Shown here: piece after piece, positions 34,178-41,599 of the stretch
How the letters are laid out: the number at the start of each line of letters is the position of its first letter
Numbering within the stretch: position 1 is the first letter of the stretch
Assembly (NCBI GenBank): GCA_045645605.1
Contig: JAZRJC010000043.1
Coordinates: forward strand, 1-45,992
Length of the DNA stretch: 45,992 nucleotides
Direction: 5' to 3'
Origin: Eubacteriales bacterium
GTDB lineage: Bacteria > Bacillota > Clostridia > Oscillospirales > CAG-272
Made by a program: the position numbers and the translations under genes
Notes under the pieces: generated by a model
Told to the model about the DNA's origin: nothing
The model's input: the letters and a program-made list of their open reading frames with translations, nothing else
Database searches by the model: none

Positions 34178-35500
34178 GTGAAAAAGTCAAGCTACATTGA
34201 ATTTACAAAAGAGATGAAAAAGGACTACAAGGTCCTTATCCCAACTATGCTCCCTATGCATTTTGAGCTGATTATAAGCGTCCTGCGTACCTTCGGCTAC
34301 GACGTGGATCTGCTGACCTCAAGCGGCCCCGAAATTGCCGAAACAGGTCTTCGCTACGTGCATAACGACACCTGCTATCCCGCGATTTTAGTTATCGGTC
34401 AGTTCCTCTCGGCGCTGAGCTCGGGCAAATACGATCCGCACAAAACCGCACTTATGCTATTCCAGACGGGAGGCGGCTGCCGTGCGTCAAACTATATTCC
34501 TCTTCTCCGAAAGGCACTCGGCAGAGCGGGATACGGGTACGTTCCCGTAATCTCCTTCAGCGTTGCAGGGATAGAAAAGCACTCGGGCTTCAAAATGGAT
34601 ATCCCCAAGCTTCACGCGATGATGTACGGCATCTTTTACGGCGACCTTATGATGTCGCTTGTAAATCAGTGCCGTCCTTATGAGGTAAATAAGGGAGATG
34701 CCGATGCTTTGGCAGAGAGCTGGACTCGTCGGCTTGGCGAGGAGCTTGGCTCGGGCGGAAAGATAAAATATCCGAAAATTAAAGAAAATTACGTAAAAAT
34801 CATAAAGGACTTTTCCGCAATTCCGATGCAGAAAAGGGAAACGGTTAAGGTCGGCGTTGTCGGGGAGATATTCGTGAAATATTCTCCTCTCGGAAACAAT
34901 AACCTCGAACGCTTCCTTATCGACGAAGGCGCGGAGGTCACAGTTCCGGGGCTTATTGATTTTTGTCTTTACGTTATCTATAACAATATTATGGACTACC
35001 GTCTTTACGGCAGAGGTAAGCTTACCTATCCGCTCTGGCGCTACGCTTATAAGTTCGTTTGTAAGAAGAAAAACGACCTCATCTCTCTCATAAAGGAGAA
35101 TTCGGATTTCGCTCCGATGACCCCCTTTGAGGAAACTGTCGCTCTTGCCGACACATACATAAGCACAGGGGTTAAAATGGGCGAGGGCTGGCTTCTGACG
35201 GCGGAAATGCTCGAACTCTCGCACTCCGGTGTTAAAAATATCGTTTGCACACAGCCATTCGGTTGTCTGCCGAACCATATTTGCGGCAAGGGAATGATGC
35301 GTCCGATAAAGGAGCGAAATCCCGACGTAAATATCGTTGCCATCGACTATGACGCAGGTGCAACCAAGGTAAATCAGGAGAACAGACTCAAGCTCATGCT
35401 TGCAAACGCAAGAGATAATGCTTCGCATAATGCCGTTCATTCTGCCGTTCATTCTGCCCAGCACAACGATCCTTGCGATAAGCAGCTTTTGACCAAATAA
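34178..35500 (+). CDS. Activase-related / 2-hydroxyacyl-CoA dehydratase subunit-like protein, 440 aa
   Basis: The start is GTG 34178, 6 nt after an AGGAGG SD that overlaps the upstream stop region. The motifs NDTCYPAILV, GGGCRASNY and QPFGCLPNH parallel the three Cys motifs in the upstream C-domain. Confidence 0.8.
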   Translation: MKKSSYIEFTKEMKKDYKVLIPTMLPMHFELIISVLRTFGYDVDLLTSSGPEIAETGLRYVHNDTCYPAILVIGQFLSALSSGKYDPHKTALMLFQTGGGCRASNYIPLLRKALGRAGYGYVPVISFSVAGIEKHSGFKMDIPKLHAMMYGIFYGDLMMSLVNQCRPYEVNKGDADALAESWTRRLGEELGSGGKIKYPKIKENYVKIIKDFSAIPMQKRETVKVGVVGEIFVKYSPLGNNNLERFLIDEGAEVTVPGLIDFCLYVIYNNIMDYRLYGRGKLTYPLWRYAYKFVCKKKNDLISLIKENSDFAPMTPFEETVALADTYISTGVKMGEGWLLTAEMLELSHSGVKNIVCTQPFGCLPNHICGKGMMRPIKERNPDVNIVAIDYDAGATKVNQENRLKLMLANARDNASHNAVHSAVHSAQHNDPCDKQLLTK

Positions 35501-35532
35501 AAAAGGCAGATGAAAAATCATCTGCTTTTTTG
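35500..35532. terminator. Bidirectional hairpin terminator between convergent genes
   Basis: Stem gcagatga (35506-35513) pairs with tcatctgc (35518-35525) around loop aaaa. An A tract lies 5' and a T6 tract lies 3'. Confidence 0.7.
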
Positions 35533-35534
35533 AT

Positions 35535-36173
35535 TTACCCTTCCGCAACGACAAGCTCCATCTCGAGCGACTCTATAAAATTTCTCAAATAATAATCGTT
35601 TTTCGTAAGGAACGCGATTCTCTCATCGCGATAGGTAAGAACCACCTCAACGATGTTAAAATCAGTATCAAAAACCTTTGCGGAAACAACCAAATCGCTC
35701 GGAGACTCAATTTTTATCTCCTGCTTTTTCGTGTCGTTTGCCCGAAGAAGAGATTCGCTCTCAACAAAAAGCTCAAGCCCCCTCTTCGACCTGACAGACG
35801 CAAGCATAACGAGCCGCGTGAAAATCATCTGCGAGCCGATGCGGCATCCGACCATCATTTGCTCGTTCGTTGAGAACGCCTTGAGAACGGTCGCCTCAAT
35901 GCTTCCTCTGTCCGCACAGCCAAGCCTCACAGTTTGGTTAAACTCGGCCTCATATTCGTCGATATAGCGGTACATATGCTTATCCTTTGGCGCGGGTAGA
36001 AGAACCGACATCCAAACAAGCGCCAAGTCTATAAAGAAAAGCACGGCAAAAAACATCCAGATACCGATGCCGACCCTGAAAAAGCAGAGCGCGAAAATAA
36101 GAGGAAGAAGAGCGCATCTTGCAACAAGATAAACTCTATCAAAAAACAAAAAGTACAAAAAACCGTTTTTCAT
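35535..36173 (-). CDS. Hypothetical membrane protein, 212 aa
   Basis: The start ATG 36173 overlaps the upstream stop as ATGA. There are two N-terminal hydrophobic helices and then a soluble domain. I recognise no family motif. Confidence 0.65.
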   Translation of the reverse strand: MKNGFLYFLFFDRVYLVARCALLPLIFALCFFRVGIGIWMFFAVLFFIDLALVWMSVLLPAPKDKHMYRYIDEYEAEFNQTVRLGCADRGSIEATVLKAFSTNEQMMVGCRIGSQMIFTRLVMLASVRSKRGLELFVESESLLRANDTKKQEIKIESPSDLVVSAKVFDTDFNIVEVVLTYRDERIAFLTKNDYYLRNFIESLEMELVVAEG

Positions 36174-36400
36174 CGACCCACGCTATCCCTTTCCTCAGGC
36201 TTGTCCTTAATTTTATTGAGAAGCGAGATTCCAGCAATAATAATTATGGTAACGAGCAAAATTCCGATCATACCCTTTCCCATAAGAGGAAGTGTGTCAA
36301 GCATATTCTCTACGTTGCTCTGACCCTCGGCAAAGGTTTCAACGCCGATTTCTTCAACAATCTCGGCTGTATTCAAGGTTGTTTCGATTTCCATTTTCAT
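36170..36400 (-). CDS. OadG-like small membrane subunit (Na+-decarboxylase gamma-type), about 74-76 aa
   Basis: A single TM segment LPLMGKGMIGILLVTIIIIAGISLLNKI resembles OadG-family anchors. It lies 12 nt downstream of the beta-subunit gene. The start may be ATG 36394 rather than 36400, because AGGAGG is only 3 nt from the first ATG. Confidence 0.6.
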   Translation of the reverse strand: MKMEIETTLNTAEIVEEIGVETFAEGQSNVENMLDTLPLMGKGMIGILLVTIIIIAGISLLNKIKDKPEERDSVGR

Positions 36401-36412
36401 TTTCCTCCTTAA

Positions 36413-37540
36413 TTAAGATAACATTCCGAGAATAAGACCGCCCGCAATAACAGACGCGATCTGTCCCGATACGTTTACGCCTATTGTGTGAGGAAGAAGG
36501 AAGTTCTGGTCGTCCTCCTCAAGTCCAAGCTTGTGAACAACACGGGCAGACATCGGGAACGCGGAAATGCCCGCCGCACCAATCATAGGATTGATCTTTT
36601 CCTTCAAGAAAAGATTCATAAGCTTCGCAAGCATAACGCCACCGAAGGTGTCGAAGATAAAGGCAACGAGGCCAAGCCCTAAAATCATAAGCGTACGAGG
36701 ATTCAAGAAGTCGTTTGCCTGAAGCTTGAATGAAATCGAAATGCCAAGGAAAATAGTTACGATATTCGCGAGAGCGCTCTGTGCCGTTTCCGAAAGGTTA
36801 TCGAGAACACCGCACTCGCGAATAAGGTTACCGAACATCAAAAAGCCGATAAGCTCGGCACTCTTGGGGGCAAAAATACCAACGACGATAGTTACGACGA
36901 TGGGGAAAAGTATCTTCGTACGCTTTGAAACCGACGAGGGTCTGTAGGGCATACGGATCATTCTTTCCTTTTTCGTTGTGATCGCCTTTATAACGGGGGG
37001 CTGAATGATAGGAACGAGCGCCATATAAGAATATGCCGCAACCATGATAGCACCCTGATAGCTTGAATTAAGAGACTGTGAAACCGCAATAGCGGTAGGG
37101 CCGTCTGCCGCACCGATTATAGCTATCGAGCCTGCGTCGTTCAAATCAAATCCGAGAAGAGCTGCGAGGCTGAGCGTAAAGAAAATTTCGAACTGTGCCG
37201 CCGCACCGAAAATCATAAGCTTGGGGTTTGAGAGAAGCGGGCCAAAGTCGATCATAGCTCCGATACCGATAAAGAGCAGAAGCGGGAAAAGCTCGTTTGC
37301 AATACCTGCATTAAAGAGGGTCGTAATCGAGCCGTGCTCGCTGACAATTCCCTCAGATGCCATCGGAAGATTTACGAGAATCGCTCCAAGTCCCATCGGG
37401 AGAAGAAGTGACGGCTCCATTTTCTTCTTGATGGCAAGATAGATGAGTATTCCGCCGATCAGCCACATTACGATAGTTTTCCAGTTTCCGTCCTTTGCAA
37501 TATAAGTAAAGCCGGAAAAGAGTTCAGATAAAAAATCCAA
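36413..37540 (-). CDS. Sodium-ion-translocating decarboxylase beta subunit (OadB/GcdB/MmdB family), 375 aa
   Basis: It is a polytopic membrane protein with family-typical segments GANGLLLPxG-like (LLLPMGLGAILVN), IGAADGPTAI and ISAFPMSARV. The start is TTG 37540, preceded by an AGGAG SD at 8 nt. Confidence 0.85.
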   Translation of the reverse strand: MDFLSELFSGFTYIAKDGNWKTIVMWLIGGILIYLAIKKKMEPSLLLPMGLGAILVNLPMASEGIVSEHGSITTLFNAGIANELFPLLLFIGIGAMIDFGPLLSNPKLMIFGAAAQFEIFFTLSLAALLGFDLNDAGSIAIIGAADGPTAIAVSQSLNSSYQGAIMVAAYSYMALVPIIQPPVIKAITTKKERMIRMPYRPSSVSKRTKILFPIVVTIVVGIFAPKSAELIGFLMFGNLIRECGVLDNLSETAQSALANIVTIFLGISISFKLQANDFLNPRTLMILGLGLVAFIFDTFGGVMLAKLMNLFLKEKINPMIGAAGISAFPMSARVVHKLGLEEDDQNFLLPHTIGVNVSGQIASVIAGGLILGMLS

Positions 37541-37694
37541 GGCTTTTTCTCCTTTTTTCTTTCTTATTTCGTATATTTCGATTTGGCCTTTAACAGCAAA
37601 ACCAAAATCTTATTAATTGTATCACAGTAAAGATAAAAAATCAAGTCCCAAAATAATATTTTTACCTTCGCTTCGGTTGCTTTTTCTTTTTCTG

Positions 37695-37723
37695 TTGAAA
37701 TTTTACAGAAAATAATATATAAT
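37695..37723 (+). promoter_or_regulatory. Sigma-70-type promoter for the MBOAT gene
   Basis: -35 TTGAAA (37695-37700), a 17-nt spacer, then -10 TATAAT (37718-37723). Confidence 0.5.
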
Positions 37724-37787
37724 TATAGTTAAACAGTCGGTTTGCTCAAAAAAGAGCAACAAATCAACGTAAAGGCAAAGGATAATT

Positions 37788-39209
37788 ATGCTTTTTTCAT
37801 CTCTTGAATTTCTATATGGCTTCCTGCCCCTTTTTCTTGTTTTTTATTTCATAATTCCGAGAAAATATATCGCCGTAAAAAACGCGGTCCTTCTCGCCTT
37901 CAGCCTGCTCTTTTACAGATGGGGCGAGCGAGGATACACGATTTTGATGCTGTCAACGATTTTAGTTGACTATATCGCGGGAATTTTGACGGATTATTTC
38001 TTGAAAAAAGGCAAAAAAAGGAGCGCAAAAACAGCGCTTGTGATAACTGTGACTCTCAATCTCCTCTCACTCTTTATTTTCAAATATCTGAATTTTGCCG
38101 CCGACCTTTTCTCGTTTATTCCCTTTGTCGCAGGCCTCGAAATACCTGCTCTTGCACTGCCTATCGGCATTTCCTTCTATACCTTCCAATCGCTCTCGTA
38201 CGTAATCGACGTTTACCGAGGGGACGGCGAGGTTCAAAAAAATCCGATAAGCTTCGGTGCTTACGTTACGATGTTTCCCCAGCTTATAGCAGGCCCTATC
38301 GTCAGATACCGCGACGTTGACGCAGCCCTTCGCGAAAGAGAGCATTCGGTAACCCTTTTTGCCTCGGGACTTCGCACCTTCTGCTGCGGTCTTTGTAAAA
38401 AGGTGCTTTTGGCAAACGCCGCCGGCGAGATGTGGGAATATTACGCCGCGTATGGGGCAAACGAGCGGACCGTGCTCGGCGCTTGGCTTGGTGCAATTTT
38501 CTTTACGCTTCAGATATATCTCGATTTTTCCGCCTATTCGGATATGGCAATAGGTCTTGGTAAAATGCTCGGCTTCCGCTTCCTTCAAAACTTCAATTAT
38601 CCCTATATTTCCGAGAGTATCACCGAATTCTGGAGCAGATGGCATATTTCCCTCTCAAGCTGGTTCCGCGAATACCTTTATATCCCGCTCGGGGGAAATC
38701 GCTGTGCCTTGCCTCGTGCCGTTTTCAATCTCTTTGCCATTTGGTTCCTCACAGGGCTCTGGCACGGAGCAAGCGTTAATTTCCTGCTTTGGGGGCTTAT
38801 GTATTTTGTCCTCCTCTCGCTTGAAAAGTATCTTTGGGGCGGGATCGTCACTAAAATGCCGAGGGTGCTTCGCCATATTTATGTTCTTTTCTTTACAGTC
38901 GTTGGCTTTTTGATTTTCGCGTCGGTTGACGGTCGCGGCGGTGTCTCATATCTTGCGGATATGCTGCTTTTAGGTAATGCACGAATAGCGTCAAGGCTTG
39001 ATTTTTATGAGCTTATCCGCAATTTCGCGTCTCTGTCTGTAATGATTCTTGCGTGTACCCCCTATCCTCGACGACTCTTTTATCGCCTTTATGAAAAAAG
39101 CAAGGCCTTTCGGTTCGCTCTGCCCTTCGTTATAATTTTGCTCTTTGCTTTATGTACGGCATTTCTTGTCGATTCAGCGTTCAACCCGTTCTTGTATTTC
39201 AGATTTTAG
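37788..39209 (+). CDS. MBOAT family O-acyltransferase (AlgI/DltB-like), 473 aa
   Basis: It is a polytopic protein starting MLFSSLEFLYGFLPLFL. It contains ISFYTFQSLSYVIDVYRG and the catalytic-His region FWSRWHISLSSWFREYLYIPLGGNR. Confidence 0.9.
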   Translation: MLFSSLEFLYGFLPLFLVFYFIIPRKYIAVKNAVLLAFSLLFYRWGERGYTILMLSTILVDYIAGILTDYFLKKGKKRSAKTALVITVTLNLLSLFIFKYLNFAADLFSFIPFVAGLEIPALALPIGISFYTFQSLSYVIDVYRGDGEVQKNPISFGAYVTMFPQLIAGPIVRYRDVDAALREREHSVTLFASGLRTFCCGLCKKVLLANAAGEMWEYYAAYGANERTVLGAWLGAIFFTLQIYLDFSAYSDMAIGLGKMLGFRFLQNFNYPYISESITEFWSRWHISLSSWFREYLYIPLGGNRCALPRAVFNLFAIWFLTGLWHGASVNFLLWGLMYFVLLSLEKYLWGGIVTKMPRVLRHIYVLFFTVVGFLIFASVDGRGGVSYLADMLLLGNARIASRLDFYELIRNFASLSVMILACTPYPRRLFYRLYEKSKAFRFALPFVIILLFALCTAFLVDSAFNPFLYFRF

Positions 39210-39233
39210 AGAAAGCTTTCTTGAGGTAATTAT

Positions 39234-40394
39234 ATGACGTCTTTACTTATAAAATTATTCATCAAAAATAATGATGTGAAAAACCCGAAGGTCAGGGCAA
39301 AATACGGCATTCTTTCGGGCGTTGTCGGAATTATTATTAACTTTTTATTAGCTCTCGGCAAATTTATCGTCGGCAGCCTGACCGCCTCTATTTCAATTAC
39401 CGCTGACGCTCTTAACAACCTTTCCGACGCAGGCTCGTCGGTCATCTCTCTTGTCAGCTTTAAGATCTCCTCAAAGCCGGCAGACAGAGAGCACCCGTTC
39501 GGTCACGAAAGAATTGAATATATCGTTTCGATGATAGTTTCCTTCTCGATTTTACTTATCGGATACGAGCTTATCGTCGATTCGGTAAAGAAAATCATAT
39601 CGGGCGGCGGCGAGGCAAAGCTCAACGTCGTTGCCGTCGTCGTTCTTGCAGTGTCGGTTCTTCTGAAGATATGGCTTTGCCTCTTCAATCGGAAAATAGG
39701 CAAAAAAATATCCTCAAGCGTAATTATAGCAACCTCGGCTGACAGTCTCTCGGACGCGCTCTCCACGCTTGCAGTGCTTGTGTCGGGCGTCATCTCTGCC
39801 ATTTGCAACGTGAATCTTGACGCATATATGGGCGTTATCGTTTCTCTTATCATCATTCGTTCGGGCGTCGGCATTTTTGCAGAGGCTACAAACGCGATTC
39901 TCGGAAAAGCTCCCGAGCCTCAAATGATAGAGGATATCAAAAGAATAATTATGTCGCACCCCGAGGCTATCGGCATTCACGATATGGCTGTACATAGCTA
40001 CGGGCCATCCAAATATTTCGTAACGGCACACGTCGAGGTCGACGGCGAGGAGGACGTTTTCAAATCGCACGACGTTATCGACAACATCGAAAAGGAAATG
40101 GAGGAGAAGCTCGGCGTTATCTGCTCGATCCATTTAGACCCTATCGCTCTTCGAGACGAGAAAACTCAAACGCTTCGCGAGGCGGTTGTGAGGATTGCCG
40201 ACGGGCTCGATATGGAAATCGGAATTCACGATTTCAGAATCGTGCCGGGTGTGACACATACTAATTTGATTTTTGATATTGCCGTTCCCTTTGAGGTGAA
40301 GCTTTCGGACTCCGAGCTCGTTGAGCTTTTCGGACATAGGATTTCGGAGCTTGACAAAACCTATTTTGCCGTGATTACGGTTGACAGACAATAA
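39234..40394 (+). CDS. Cation diffusion facilitator (CDF) family transporter, 386 aa
   Basis: It has six TM helices with the metal-site motifs ADALNNLSD (TM2) and ADSLSDALS (TM5), followed by a C-terminal cytoplasmic domain. Confidence 0.88.
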   Translation: MTSLLIKLFIKNNDVKNPKVRAKYGILSGVVGIIINFLLALGKFIVGSLTASISITADALNNLSDAGSSVISLVSFKISSKPADREHPFGHERIEYIVSMIVSFSILLIGYELIVDSVKKIISGGGEAKLNVVAVVVLAVSVLLKIWLCLFNRKIGKKISSSVIIATSADSLSDALSTLAVLVSGVISAICNVNLDAYMGVIVSLIIIRSGVGIFAEATNAILGKAPEPQMIEDIKRIIMSHPEAIGIHDMAVHSYGPSKYFVTAHVEVDGEEDVFKSHDVIDNIEKEMEEKLGVICSIHLDPIALRDEKTQTLREAVVRIADGLDMEIGIHDFRIVPGVTHTNLIFDIAVPFEVKLSDSELVELFGHRISELDKTYFAVITVDRQ

Positions 40395-40418
40395 AACCCA
40401 CAAAAAAAGGAGGTAGCT

Positions 40419-40808
40419 ATGGCAGGCGGTAGATACTTAATTGAAAAAAAGGAGGACTCGTTTTCCTTCAAGCTCTATTCTATCGGCGGAAAACTTCTTG
40501 CAAGAAGCGGAAGCTACAAAACACCCGAGCTTTGCAAAAAAGGAATAGCAAGTCTGCGGGTAAATTCGGACGCACCACTATGCGACCTGACTCTTCCCGA
40601 ATACGAGAGCGGCGAGCCTCAAAGGTGCCCTAAAATCGAGCTTTTCAAGGACGCTGACGACGCACACGGCTCATATAACTTCCGCATAAGGGCGAAAAAC
40701 GGCATAGTTATCGCGTCTGGCGAGGGCTACGGAACGAAAACCCGCTGCCTTGACGTAATAGCGGCACTTCGTGCCTCGGCTATCGGCGCCACGACAGAGG
40801 AAAGCTGA
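40419..40808 (+). CDS. YegP/DUF1508 family protein (two tandem repeats), 129 aa
   Basis: Two repeats of the pattern F-x-L-x-x-x-N-G-x-x-I-x-x-S-x-x-Y are present: FSFKLYSIGGKLLARSGSYKT and YNFRIRAKNGIVIASGEGYGT. A strong AGGAGG SD is present. Confidence 0.75.
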   Translation: MAGGRYLIEKKEDSFSFKLYSIGGKLLARSGSYKTPELCKKGIASLRVNSDAPLCDLTLPEYESGEPQRCPKIELFKDADDAHGSYNFRIRAKNGIVIASGEGYGTKTRCLDVIAALRASAIGATTEES

Positions 40809-40847
40809 CCCTCCCGCCATCTCATAAGTCCTTTTAATTATAAAAAG

Positions 40848-40880
40848 ATATCCACCCGCAAAAAACGGGTGGATTTTTAT
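40848..40880. terminator. Bidirectional hairpin terminator between convergent genes
   Basis: Stem atccacccg (40850-40858) pairs with cgggtggat (40866-40874), followed by TTTTT. An A-rich tract lies 5'. Confidence 0.65.
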
Positions 40881-40891
40881 TATTTGCGTGA

Positions 40892-41599
40892 TCATTCAAA
40901 AATAGTGACTCCGTCCGAGAGATAGACGTTTTTTCTGAAAATAGAGTAGTCCTCTTCCATAATGTCGGTCGAGAGGATAGAAAACTTTTCCTTCATAGCC
41001 GTGATCAGCATCTCGGGGTTAAGACTGCTTCCCGCCTCGCACGCAAGAAGACAGTTGATTCTTATAATTCCGTCAATAAGCTCTGCCCTAAACGAGCGAA
41101 TCAGAGGAATAATATCGATCTCGCGGTCGCCCGACTTTGATTTTTTAGTCATCATCAAGGTGGAGAGAGAAAACAACCCGTTTATCTTCTCGCAAAGAGC
41201 CTCGTCCGCGCCCTTTGTGTTGATATTTATCTCGTATTCGGCAAAGGCAATATCCGAAAGCTTGGTTTTCGGCTCGTAAACCTTAACTACCGCAAGCTCT
41301 TCGGTGAGCGCACTGTCAAGCCTCGCCTTTATTTCATTCAGCGTCATTTTCGTGACGATTCTTATGTCGAGAAACTCACAAGCACTCTCTGTTCCAAGCG
41401 ACAACGGCAAGGAAAAGACCATTTTCGCATGAGGATTGAAGCCTTGAGTGTACCAAGCGGGGATTCCTGCGCGGATAAGCACCTTTTCAAAGGTTCTCTG
41501 CATATCAAGATGAGAGATGTACTTGAGATTTCCGACCTTTTTGAATTTAATTCTTATCGGCTTCGGGCTCTCGTTTGAAATTATTTCGTTGGACAACAA
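40892..41599 (-). CDS. Radical-SAM-linked protein (TIGR03936/DUF2344-like), 235 aa
   Basis: The sequence IRIKFKKVGNLKYISHLDMQRTFEKVLIRAGIP matches my memory of this family. The start is TTG 41599 with a GGGAGGTGA SD 6 nt upstream. It overlaps the upstream gene by 19 nt. Confidence 0.75.
   Translation of the reverse strand: MLSNEIISNESPKPIRIKFKKVGNLKYISHLDMQRTFEKVLIRAGIPAWYTQGFNPHAKMVFSLPLSLGTESACEFLDIRIVTKMTLNEIKARLDSALTEELAVVKVYEPKTKLSDIAFAEYEININTKGADEALCEKINGLFSLSTLMMTKKSKSGDREIDIIPLIRSFRAELIDGIIRINCLLACEAGSSLNPEMLITAMKEKFSILSTDIMEEDYSIFRKNVYLSDGVTIFE

Noticed and set aside
34487-35554. A very long (355-aa) antisense ORF covering most of the activase-related gene.
   Set aside because: Its translation has no recognisable motifs, no SD and a compositionally odd sequence. 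The plus-strand product carries conserved Cys motifs and a strong SD. Long stop-free antisense frames are a known by-product of codon bias.
39210-39233. A possible metal-sensing (czcD/NiCo-type) riboswitch ahead of the CDF transporter.
   Set aside because: Only 24 nt separate the MBOAT stop from the CDF start. This is too short for any riboswitch, and the gene is probably co-transcribed with the MBOAT gene.
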